Source: Chrysomallon squamiferum (Eukaryota > Animalia > Mollusca). From it: a DNA stretch of 64,000 nucleotides. Position numbers and translations under genes: made by a program. Location: the NCBI GenBank assembly GCA_012295275.1, contig CM022665.1, positions 15,686,001 to 15,750,000 of the forward strand. The letters run 5' to 3'. Positions 52,211 through 64,000 of the stretch are shown here, one piece after another. A model generated the notes under the pieces. The model worked only from the letters and a program-made list of their open reading frames with translations. It was not told the origin of the DNA and did no database searches. The first letter of the stretch is position 1, and every line of letters starts with the position of its first letter.

Positions 52211-53181
52211 TAATATTTATAAAGTACAGTGATTTTCAGTGGATTTATATATATATATTCCTTTGGTAGCATTTCATTACTAATCTGTTAACTTATCAGC
52301 TGGTTTTCAAAGCAAAAGAAAGGACCAAAAACAAAAAGTTCTATCAAGTTGTTAATTATTTTAAAGCACTCTGTACCATTACACTAGCTTAAAAGTAAAT
52401 TTTAAAAATTAGAGTTCATTAAGTACATTAATATCAATATTATTATCATTTTAGTGATTTTATATATATGTATATTTTTGTTGTTGTTGTTTATATCTGT
52501 GAAACATCTGTGATAGTAAACATATTATTTAAAGTAATTTTATTACCTGTTGTATTTGGGTTTGAATGTTACTGCTTTTAAATATATTTTTGATTCTTCA
52601 GTGTTTTTTGTAGGCGTTTCCATGTAAAAGTATTTCAAATAATACAGCTCTGTTGTACAAGTATTAAAATTACACACTATGGATTGTGATATATGCATAA
52701 TAAAATAATTCATCATTGTATGATTCATGTTTGAGGAAGTGTTTTTTCAGCACATACATTGGACAGAAAGAAAAATAAATCTGAATTATATACATCAAAG
52801 CAAGACTTGTTAAAAATATTCTAAATTTCTTCATGTACACTGTCAAGTAATAAATAAGTAAATAAATAAAAATAGATTTAGAAAGAAAATGAATAAAAGA
52901 AAAAAATGACAACATATTTTAGTTTGGATGGGTAAATAAGTGTTTATTTTTCATTTGTTTAAGTGTACCTCAAGTTTTGCTCATTTTCATTGGATGTATA
53001 TATATATATATATAAAGATATAGATATGTATATATATGTGTGCGTGTATGTGTAATATATATATTATATATATATATCTATGCATAATCACACACACATA
53101 TACAAGTATATATATATATATATGCATACACATATATACAAGTATACACACACATACACATATACATATATATCTACATAC

Positions 53182-53216
<35 letters not shown>

Positions 53217-53411
53217 ATTTTAAATCCTTAAAGCCATAATTTTATATACAGTATAGGACAATATGAACTTTATTATGTCAAATTTTAAAATGTGCATAGC
53301 CCATGGTTTTGTACTCTACACACACACACACACACCATTTTTCTGTTAATATTAGATAATCTACATTATTATGTCATATAATATGTTTTGTTGTATATTT
53401 GCATAATCAAT

Positions 53412-53457
<46 letters not shown>

Positions 53458-53592
53458 ATTTATTCTAAGTATATAAATATGTATACAGAATAACACTAAA
53501 ACTTGTGTGTATTCTGTGTTATATGTGGTAAATATTGTGTACTGTATATGTTTTATATTTTGTATTAAATATGTTATGTATTCTTTATTATA

Positions 53593-54290
53593 CAGTGTGA
53601 GCCAGAGGTCTGGTCCCACAGAAAATGTATAAAACAAACCCAACAAGACTATTTTATTTAATTTATCAATTATCAATTAATTTATCAGTTATGATACATG
53701 TTCAAAATGACATCCATTTACTTCCATACATTTTTCAAAGCATTCAGCATAATACCTTTGCACATTTCTAACCAAGGAAGTATTTGTTTTTATGATTCCA
53801 GATGCTCTTATTATGGTATTCTTTAGTACTTGTACTGTTCTAGGTGAGCTAAAATAAGCTACTGATTTAAGGTGCCCCCACAGCCAGTAATCCAAAGGTG
53901 TTAAATCAGTAATCTGTGATAATTTTCTTGTCAGCTTATGACATATGACTTCTTACTAGCAGGAAGATTAGAAGTTCTACTTTGATCACAGGCACTTCCC
54001 ATTTCCTAGAAACAAGCAAAGATCATGCTGACAGTTCAGTAGTTTATTGGTAACCTTTCACAATGTTTAGCAGTGAAAGAATCTGCAGCTGAACATGAAG
54101 TGGCATCATTCTTTGTGTACAAAATCACCAGCTCCTTTCTTTTTGTTCTCTTTAACTTAGCTGCCATAAAGAAAAAAATTGAAAAAATAAAAAAATAAAA
54201 AAATAAAAACTAATTAAGAAATCAATGCTAATAAAAAAAATGATTGTGTTAAATACATGTCCTGCAGAGTCAGACTTTTGGGGCACCCTG
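53593..54290 (-). mobile_element. Internally deleted, degenerate Tc1/mariner-superfamily transposon (DUF4817-HTH / DD37D-like type)
   Basis: TA-flanked imperfect TIRs CAGTGTGAGCCAGAGGTCTG / CAGGGTGCCCCAAAAGTCTG. N-terminal HTH remnant from ATG 54167 (..TVSMIFACF*EMGSACDQSR) with stops. C-terminal DLTPLDYWLWGHLKSVAY..P.T..LK..I..C.EVNGCHFEH. Catalytic middle missing. Confidence 0.88.
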
Positions 54291-57200
54291 TACCTGTTAT
54301 ATATTCTAAGACCATTTGCATAATCCATACTGTATCATATAATATTACTAAGATTAACATTCTGCAAAAAGCTATACTTTTCCAAAGTATCTCAAGTCTG
54401 TATAACAATGGGAAATGTACACATTCTGTATTACATAGTTATCTGTTATTGATTCTTCTGTTTGGTTGCATGATCCTTACAGTTTATCACTGTAAGAGTA
54501 GTGTATGAGCTGTTAATATGTATAATTATTTCATATAATTTTTAGGCTCATAGTATCATTAGGCTGTTAATCTGTTTAATTATCTATTATTAGACTATGT
54601 AATCTGTATAATTATCTCATGTTATTATTAGGCTGTTAAGCTATAATTGGAAGCTATCTCATTATTATTATTATGATGATGATGATAATGTAATAAACAA
54701 ATTAAGCAGTTACTTCATAACAATTATGTTTGTATTCTTATGTGTCTACCTATATAACTTATTTTACAGTGAGCTGTCCATCTGCATGACCAGTAATGTA
54801 ATATTTGTTGAATTTATTGGAATTGTAGTGTTTTGCATAAAAAATACACAGCTATGAGCATTTAAACAGAATGTGTATATATATCTATATATATAGATAT
54901 ATATATTTTTTTTTATGTTTGTTCCTGTTTTGATGAAACTGAATGCTGAGTCACCTGGGTATGTATGTATGTCATTAATATAGCTTATCTTGAGCAAATT
55001 AACCTAGGATATTTATAACTGACAATTATATTTTCCATTGATATATTACTTATTTTTCAAGTTTTGGATTAGTTTATAAAGTTAGGTAATTCCAAAACTG
55101 TAACAGGTTTGGTGTTTACTGATTTATGTATGTGTATAATCAGAATGTTTTAAACTCATGCTTTGACTAAGAAAAAATTTCTTGACTTTTTTTTTTTTCA
55201 AAGTGTAGTTTTCTGTTTTTTGAATTATAGTTAGCATAGATTCATTGTTATTATATGTCTGAGTCCATAATTCTTTATTAAAAATCCTTATAGTTTAATA
55301 TTTGGAATTTTTCAGATTTCATAACTATACTATAGTATGTTTTACTATATTTATAGTAAAACTTAATGGGGTTTGAGGCAAAGCTATATGACATATGTGA
55401 TAGGCACCATTTTAGTTTTGAAAGTTGGTGGAGTTTGATATTTCAGGGGAAGGTTTTTCAGTCTGTAGTGTAGTGAAGTTAACTTTAATAGTTTTCTAGG
55501 AAATATACATACATACATATATATATATATATGTATAATTTTTTCTCAATTTCTGTATTATAACTGTAAATTTCACCATTTTGTTTAAATCATTTGTCTG
55601 ATGTAATATTCCATGCAAATATTTTGAATTTTAAAATTGTTTATATGTTGGGATTGCATACAAAGGGTTGTCAGCTTGTATTGTGGTGAAGTTATTTTTA
55701 TTAGTTTACTAGGAAATATTTGTTCTATCTTTCTGCAACACAATTTTAAATGTTTCTTTGTCATTTTTCTAAATGTTCATATTATTAAAAAGAATGAGGA
55801 ATGGTTAGAAGTTAACTGAGAACCAGATATCTGCTAATTATGAATATTTAGAAAAAAAAAAAAAAAATAATAATTAATTGAAATCTTTTTAGATGTTAGA
55901 GAAAACAAAAACAAACCCTTGTTTGTTTAATTATTAAAATTATTTAGCTTATAAATCTAGTTAGACAATATTTTAGATGTAAAGGCAGTTGCTCCTTTAT
56001 GTTCAGTTTTAAAATGTATTTATTTCATACAAGTACTTTTAACTTTTATACGTAACAGAAAAAATTACTTATTTTAGCAAATATTAGAAATGTTTTAATA
56101 TACTAGTAAACAGTTTTGTTGCATAAAAATATTATTATTACTATTATTATTGTTGTTTCATTTTGTTTTAAACGTTAATTTTTTATTTTTTTTTAATTGT
56201 AATAAAATGGTGAAGTATCATTTTTGATGGTGCATATATAATCACTTCTTAAGTTTTGTAATGTTTATCTTAGAATTTCTAGCAGGAATACTTTTTAGAC
56301 TATAATATGAATAGAACAAAATGTTTTCACATGCATACACATTCACACACACACACACTCCCATCTGTTCACAAACACACAGACACACATATCTCCTGTT
56401 ATAAAAATAAACATACACTGTTGTGTATAAACATATGTAGGACCTAATGGTCTCTTTACCTCTAATCTATCTGGACCAGTATGTGCAATAAACGTAACAA
56501 TATTTTCACATTTCAAAAATCCTAGCATTTTTTTTTTTTTTTTGCTTTTACAGTATCTTCATCATACTGAGAATTTATGAAAACAGCTTTATGGTATTTT
56601 ATTTTTAAGAATTCTAAAATTATTTCAGAACAAAATGCCACACAGGAGAGAGAGGTTATTATCTGAATGTTTTTTTTTTTTTTTTTATAGATATTCACAA
56701 ACACCTGTCTTTATTATATAAATCAGAATTTTAAAACTGTGTTCCTCAGTTTTGTTGTCAAAAGAAAAAATGGTTTCTTTACCACTTATGGCATTGTTTA
56801 TGTAGAATTTTAATTGTTATTGTAACTTGATAAAGAAAAATTATAAATATTGTTTGTAGACCATAGCTTGCATATCTTAATATTAAAAAGTAATAATTTT
56901 AATAGTTAAATGTTGTGAGAAATGGCTGAAAATAGAAATTAGTAAATGAAATCATTACAAACATAGATATCTTTATATTTATGTTAAAAGATTATTTATT
57001 AGCAGAATTGGAAAATTAAATATTTATTGATTAAATTGTGTGAAAAATAAACTACAGTACTGAAAATTAGTAAAAGAAAAAAATACTTTTTCAAATTAAT
57101 TACATATACATGCATATATATATATATATATATATGCAACTAGTAATGGACGATCATAATTTGCTAAACTGGAGAAAGGCAAAATAAATGTTTCATCAGC

Positions 57201-57504
57201 TAGAGCTGAATATTATTGTTATATTTGTGACTGTTGTTGTTTTGATTATATTGTCAATTTTCTTTTTAAATGTGATTATATTTTCTGAAAAGCCAAATAA
57301 AAAAATGCATATGATATTATTTATGTGTTTTATTTTTAAAGTGGAATGAAATGGGAAAAAATGAGTATTTTATTGATATATAAACTTTTTTTTTAAAGTT
57401 GAATAATGTGAGACATCAAAATGAATAAAGATATAATTAACACATTTTTAATTTGCATATAATATGGCATTTTAACTGGTAAAAGATTACAGATGGGATG
57501 AAAC

Positions 57505-57880
57505 TTTCAACAGCCACATGGAGTGTTCTTTTTCAACAGCAGCAAGGCATCTTTTAAACATACCTCATAAACAGGAAAGCAGATACTCTTGGCATTTGAT
57601 AAATATATATGCTTAAGAGATATATAGGTGAGAGGAAATTTCCTACTGCCTCACAGGCTACTCTTTCTCAAAAGCAGTAAGACAGGAAAGCACATACCAT
57701 GGGTTTTTATAAATTTGTTACCATCACTCAGTCAACTTGTCAATTTAACAACAAGAAACCTTTTATATGTAAGTTCCTATGATCAGAGCAACACATACCA
57801 CTGACTTTGATAGAGAAATGGTAGAGGAATGACTGGAACAGAAAATAGTCAACAGGTATTTACAGGATGAATACTGTTAC
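57505..57880. mobile_element. Cluster of ~3 degenerate SINE-like repeat fragments
   Basis: Recurrent (a)gcagcaagg..tcttttatat..acagga(a/t)agcacataccat/c..ctttgata core, also present at 43385-43500. Family assignment is from memory only. Confidence 0.55.
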
Positions 57881-59399
57881 TTTGAAATCTATAACAATTG
57901 TTCTGCTACTGAGTCCAATCTGTACAACAGCATGAGATAACTTTTACTGATCTATAACAAACAAAATATTTTTGAATACAACTAAATTTATTAACTTTTG
58001 TGGCATATAACAATAACATTTTATAACAATATGTTTCAAATATTTATTAATACAAATGTATTTATCAACAGTCAATAAAAACCTCAGCTCAAACCAAGGC
58101 TAATGCAGATTTTGAAGATTAAATATATATGGTAATTCAACATCCCAACACACACTTGCAAAATATTAAAACTAAAGTCTTACATTTTCATTCCATGAAT
58201 AAAATAAATTCTAAATGGAATTTAACATTAATAATAAAGTACAAGTATTTAACGCTAATAATAATGAACTGGAATTTAATAATAATAATACAGAGGAATT
58301 TAACATTAATAATAACATACAAGCATTTTAATAATAGAGATTAATAATAACTTTGTAAACTCAAACCATAAACCAGTAACATTTTCTAAATCAAAACAGT
58401 TTTTGACTAGGTTAATTATCCACAAATTTATTAGATCATATATCATGTAGAATTTCATTAATTCAGCTGTTTATGAAACAACAATTAATTAACAATTCAA
58501 AATGTTTAAAATATAAACAAGCATAAAATCTAAGAAGACATTTTTTTGTTTTTAAAACACAGAATATATTTCTGTAATAAAAAAGAAAATTATGTAACAA
58601 CAGCTAAAATATATGAATGAATTATTCCTTTTCTATTGTCTAATAAAGATGTCATTTCTCTATTTTTAAACACCAGTTTTGTAGCAACTGGGTCACAATG
58701 GTTAATTTTAATGAAACATCCTAGCCTAGCTTCTAATGCTTATATATTAAATCAAACCTTGACCTAATAAAACTTAGATGCACTGATGAAAATCTGCCAT
58801 AGGAAGAGCATTCAATAGTTACTATTTGTAGTGTTTAAAGACTAAAAACCCAGATCATAACCCATTCGAATCATGTATAAAATACATTGCAGGTTTTTAT
58901 TTATTAATTAGTCATTGATTTATTACAATTTACTTTCAAAACACTTTATGTTAAGAAACAAGCAGCTCAAAGTCATTTATCATAAGATCAGTATTCAACA
59001 GTAAACTCTTTGTAATGATTAAATACTGAAACCCAAATTAACAACCTATTCATGTATAAAATACACAATATATTTTGTTTGATTAATTATGGATTCTGAT
59101 TACTTGCTGATCATTTGAAAATGTCTAATTCTGATAAATGTTTAAAACATATGGACATTTTCCCATTAATCACCTGGGCCTAGGTATTCAACAGGTGACT
59201 CAACAGTTCATTGAAGATGTAAATTATTTTATGTTTGCTTAGGTATTCGAGCCAAGTCCTAGTGAAAATACACTAATCAGCAAAAGCATACAGCCATGGT
59301 AACAAGGGAAATTAGGATGCCACAGAAACTAGCACAATTAGTTATCTGAAACTGAAATAGCTACAAAATTTCAAACACTGTCTGAAATATGCGACTTCT

Positions 59400-59810
59400 T
59401 AAAAGTATCATGAAATGACTCTTGTATCAAATATGTCACTATTTATAAAAATCATAAAATAACTATTGTACCATTGTATGAAATGTCACTATTTATAAGT
59501 ATCATAAAATAACTGTTTTTTATTACAGTATGAAACATCACTATTTATAAGCATCGTAAAATGACTGTGTTGTACAACTATGAAATACATCACTATTTAT
59601 AAGCACCTTGAAATAACTGTCTTGTCACATTGTATAAAAAGTATTACAGTATCACTATGAAATGATCTTCTTGTATTCATCATTGTATGAAATATGTCAC
59701 TATTTATATCTATTATGAAGTAATCTTCTTGTTTTTCGTCACTGTATGAAATATGTCACTATTTATATCTATTATGAAGTAATCGTCTTGTATTTGTCAC
59801 TGTATGTCTT
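59400..59810. repeat. ~55-bp degenerate tandem repeat just downstream of the MDN1 stop
   Basis: Recurrent tatgaaatatgtcactatttata..atgaa(a/g)taa units. Confidence 0.85.
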
Positions 59811-59867
59811 TATATCCATCTTTTAATACCTGTTTGCAAGTACAGATATAGTGAAACATGTGGCAGT

Positions 59868-60005
59868 CTAACGATCCCCAGCAGTGACAAGTTCAAACCA
59901 CTGTCTGAGAGCATCACTCAGGGTGTGTGGAAGAGAATTAATGTCTCGCAGAATGATGTAGAATGGGAAAGGAAAATGTTCCATGTATGACTTGATTTCT
60001 GGCAA
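59868..60005 (-). CDS. MDN1: MDN1 last coding exon (LPEIKSYMEHFPFPFY..ALRQWFELVTAGDR*)
   Basis: ttcag| acceptor on - strand; TAG stop. Confidence 0.95.
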   Translation of the reverse strand: MPEIKSYMEHFPFPFYIILRDINSLPHTLSDALRQWFELVTAGDR

Positions 60006-63000
60006 CTGAAGAAAAATAAAAAATAAATTAAAAAAATATATAATAATAATAATCATCATCATCATAACAGTAATAGTAGTAGCAGAAGTAGTAATAACTG
60101 ACAATAATAAAAATACTGGTAACAACAAAAACAACAACAAAATAACATCATGAAATTACTAATATTTATTTCCTATTTGGATTACAGCATTTGAATCACA
60201 TTTATTAAAAAGAAGGTGAGTCAGTAAAAAAAAAAAGGTAAATGAAAGAAACTTCATACAATTATCATACAATTTTTTTGAAAAAAAAAAAAATAATAAT
60301 AATAAAAAAAAAAATACCTCTCCTGATCCTCTGAATACTGGAACTCTGATATCCATAACAGAATCCTAAAACAAATACATTAAAAATTTATCAAACCAGT
60401 TAAACAAGCATTTCAGTCATCTATAATACATCTATGAATACAGAGAAGTACATGAAGAAATATATAATATATATTTGCACACGCAGATTCTATCTTACAG
60501 GGTAAGGGTGGATAACTCAAATCTATTTTTATCTTGAACATTTCTACTTTACTCTTCCATTATCAATTAATATTAAATAAATGTTCATTCAAGCCTTCCA
60601 CTATTAAATAGAGAAATCATAAAATAAAAACAAATAACAGAAATATGAAATAACCACCACCACAACAACAATAGTATACAGACTGAACTGCTTTAATACA
60701 CTTTATATTTCAACATTTACCTTATTTAGAGGATTATCGAGAATAACAAACACTAGAAAAATGTTTGCCTCTCGTGCCTGTCTCACTGCTGTCTTGACAA
60801 CCTCCATACCTTCCATGAAGAGACCTCGCCCATCAGAGACAATCAACAACAACTGTGACGTCTCTGGATGTCCAAAACTTCCATGCTGATGCTGTCGTGC
60901 ATCAACCATGATAGAAGTGGCTTGTTTTAGTAACTGAAATGCAGAATAAAAATAGCATTTAAAATTAATTGCAAGGAATATTAGAACAAAAGATCTTGGA
61001 GTAAAATGTGTAATAAATAAATAAATAAAAGTTACAACTTGAATTAGTTCCATTTATATCCTCTCCCCCACCTTTTTTATAACAATGTTTTTTTTCCCCT
61101 TTTCTTTTATAACAAATTTGTTAACATAAAAACTTGACAATCTGTTTTTTAATAACGCAGCAAATTTTTTTAACCTTACACAATTATGTTATTTACAGAT
61201 TAAAAAACTTAATAATTTAGAATAATTTCTGTTGATAGATGACCTGAGCTATTTTAGTTTTCTTCTGTTCAAAAGTGAAATGTTGCAGTATGGTAGCTCC
61301 AGACTGATTGGTAAACTGTTCTGTGAAGGGATGAAGCATCCTGACATTTTCTCCAAAACTGAGACAAAATAAAATAAAAATCAAACCTTTTATATACAAA
61401 CATACATAAAATAAAAAAAAACAGCCATATTTTTGTTAGCTATCAAAGACACAGGAAAGTTTTTGAAGAATGTTGACTGTTTCAAAAACAAAAAACACAA
61501 AAACCCCCACTCATTTCTTGAAATAGTAGCCAGCATTCTGTGGAAGATTTCCTTTATATACATTTTGGTTATCTACTCAGTACTTTTACTGTTAATAATA
61601 TTACATTTTCAATTATTTATTAAATTATTAAGAAACAAAAGCTAAAGAAAAATACATGTATAATATCCCATATCTGAAATCCCTGGAGAGAGTATATGAA
61701 GAATACATATAGTTTATTCATAACAGAAACATGTGGAAATAATACTGAATAGAACTAAACATATTTATGTAAGTGATGGTTTATGTGGTGAGAAAAATAT
61801 AAAAATAAAAGGCAAGTTTTGAAGCTTTTCAGATTTTGGTTTATTGTACAGTATATATTTATATAAAAAAAAAAAAAAATTATGAGTAATATTCATTATT
61901 TAAATGACAGGGAAACAATTAAAAAAATAATAATAATAATAATAGAGATGACATAAAAGTTAAATGTTTAATATTAAAAAATGTGAATTTATTCATATAT
62001 ATGTACAAATCTTTAAGCACTGGCTTCATAACAAATAAGGTTTGTAATTTTTTAGAGAAAACAGCTGAAATTCCTGACATCTCAAACTAAAATGTTGATA
62101 TAATTAAAAAGAAAAAAAATCAAACCTGCAAATAGCCAACTCTCCTGACTCCAACAAAGTTAAAGCATTTGAGATCAATGCAAGAGATTCAAATGCAAGC
62201 TAAAATGATAATAATATTAATAATTAATTAGATAACAAAGAGGTGTTGGACAAAAAGGTAGATCTGTGATAAAAGTTAAAATATATTTTACACCAAAACT
62301 TTCAATATATTGTTTCAAAATGAAAAAAACAAAAAACAACAAAACAACACAACAAAAAACTAGAACCCTTCTAAAAAACATATAAATGTAAATTTTTGAA
62401 TTTAAAAAAAAAATTAGAATTTAAAAAAGATTGTCATAACTGACAAAATAAATGCCACATCAAAATTAGTTTGACTATTTTCCAATAAAAGAAATAAAAA
62501 CATTTTTATATTAAAAGTTATTATTTTAATTTGTTGATCAAAGTTTACTAACATTAATAAAGGAAATAACTCCCTAAATACTGACCAAAAATACTGATAA
62601 TTTAATACTGAATATTCCTGCTATTTTGAATTTATTATTGCACATAATAATGTCAAAATCAGCATTCATGTGTACATGTCTGCACAAACTTTTTTGTTTC
62701 AATATATCTACTTTCTGTTAATGGCTATCATATGGTACCTATTACTGAAAATTATACAAACAGATTGGTCACCTGTTTGGAGTGATTGTCCAGCATACTG
62801 GATGAGTCATCAATAGCCATCATTATCTGATATTGTCGTTTACTTGGTTTGGTTCGTCTCAGCCATATTTTGTCTTTTCTAAATTGACTAGCAATATATG
62901 GAATTACTTTTCTCATGTTCAAACGTTTGCCAGTTCTATAATCTCCCCTATTAACAAATAAAAATAGTTAAAAATATATAATAAACATAAAAATGCATAA

Positions 63001-63726
63001 TAAATAAATATATATATAGATTCTCTCTAATACATGTTCAAAAACACATATATACAAACAGAAAAAATGTTTATCAATACTTAAGAGTTTGAGTATATTA
63101 AATTATTAATAATTTTAATAAAAATCAGAATTTTCTGATTATTTGTATTGTTGGAGTTGTTAGTAATATTTATGTAATCTGTTTCATTTAAATTTGAAAA
63201 AAATTATGACATTTTTTGGAACTGTGAAACTAAGTTTTTCCTTTACACAACAGAACTTTTTTAACAGACAACTTTGATGTGAATTGTAATATATGTATAT
63301 ATATTTTGTTTTTTAATATGACCGCATCATCTCAGATTATCATGAACTATTACACATTAGCAGGGTTGCACGAATGAAATTTCTAGCCACAAGTTCAAAC
63401 AGTTTTGAAAGATAGACAAAAATGTCAAAACAGGCAAACCAGATTGTGCTAGAAGAACTTTCAAGCATTATTTTATAGTTTTTAAACAGAAGAGCAGATT
63501 CTGAAGATAATTAAAAAAAAAAAAAAAAACAAGAAGAAAAAGTTAAAAACAGATCAAAGATGAAAAATTAATAATTAATAATAATGATTAATAACAGATT
63601 ATTGACGTACTTGAGCTTTGTTGCCTGGGATGGCTCTAGTATAAGTCTGAGTTGTTCACACAGATCCTGGGCAAGTCCTGCAGTAATTGCATCATACTGT
63701 TGCCAGGCTTCAGCAGCTGCAGCAAG
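59868..63726 (-). CDS. MDN1: Midasin (AAA ATPase, pre-60S maturation), 3' part with MIDAS/VWA domain, 7 exons; gene continues beyond the window end
   Basis: LCEQLRLILEP..KLKGDYRTGKRLNMRKVIPYIASQFRKDKIWLRRTKPSKRQYQI..AIDDSSSM (DxSxS), LLLIVSDGRG, FPFPFYIILRD..LP..LSDALRQWFELV; phases chain correctly. Confidence 0.96.
60318..60365 (-). CDS. MDN1: MDN1 exon (DSVMDIRVPVFRGSGE)
   Basis: tttag| ... GAG|gtattt; 48 nt. Confidence 0.92.
60721..60933 (-). CDS. MDN1: MDN1 exon (LLKQATS..QLLLIVSDGRG..ILDNPLNK)
   Basis: tttcag| ... AAG|gtaaat. Confidence 0.94.
61244..61358 (-). CDS. MDN1: MDN1 exon (FGENVRMLHPF..FEQKKTKIAQ)
   Basis: tctcag| ... CAG|gtcatc. Confidence 0.92.
62126..62199 (-). CDS. MDN1: MDN1 exon (LAFESLALISNALTLLESGELAIC)
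   Basis: ttttag| ... AG|gtttga. Confidence 0.93.
62773..62947 (-). CDS. MDN1: MDN1 exon with MIDAS DxSxS motif (GDYRTGKRLNMRK..IDDSSSMLDNHSKQ)
   Basis: taatag| ... CAG|gtgacc. Confidence 0.96.
63611..63726 (-). CDS. MDN1: MDN1 exon (LAAAAEAWQQY..LCEQLRLILEPSQATKL)
   Basis: gttcag| ... AA|gtacgt. Confidence 0.93.
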
Positions 63727-64000
63727 CTGAACAAAAAAAATGATTCAACTTAATTAATAATAATAATGATGGTAATGATGATAATAATAATAAAAAGAAG
63801 CAGCAGCAGCAGAAAAAGAAGAATAATCAAAATTACAATGTTGATACTACCACTAAAGTAAAAAATAAATAACAGTAAAATAAAATAACTGTAACTATAA
63901 TTATATATTAAATAAAAACAATATGTGAAACGTTGTAAACCAATAATTATTTTAAAGCATATTTTGTACAGTGACAAAATGCTTGAACTTTTCTATATAA

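Noticed and set aside
63361-63460. cagggttgca as an hAT-like terminus in an MDN1 intron
   Set aside because: No inverted partner visible.
931-63977. Dozens of ORF-track entries rich in I/F/Y/L, VCVC or HTHT
   Set aside because: Translations of ATT, TTTA, TG/CA and TA microsatellites in introns and UTRs; no family motifs.

Overview
Very AT-rich, microsatellite-laden animal genomic DNA, probably a mollusc (inferred, not proven). It holds two convergent spliceosomal-intron genes. (1) + strand, 2389-48512: the 3' part of a VPS13A/C-like bridge-like lipid transfer protein gene. I traced 61 GT-AG exons by hand; their phases chain without a break into about 2625 aa ending at TAA 48510-48512. The segment covers an FFAT-like motif, RBG repeats, VAB/SHR-BD repeats, WWE-like, ATG2_C-like and PH-like regions; the N-terminus lies upstream of the window. 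(2) - strand, 63726-59868: the last 7 coding exons of midasin (MDN1), including the MIDAS/VWA domain. Other features are a TIR MITE (27795-28309), an internally deleted Tc1/mariner relic (53593-54290), SINE-like remnants and many mini/microsatellites. Most notable observations: repeated local tandem duplications that copy exon-intron junctions and leave decoy splice sites (one copy differs only at synonymous sites), two candidate frame-preserving cassette exons (21 nt and 48 nt), a phospho-FFAT-type motif behind a NAGNAG acceptor, and a large Ser/acidic insertion just before the VAB domain. I see no evidence of a new multi-gene system. Most ORFs in the supplied track are low-complexity artefacts.
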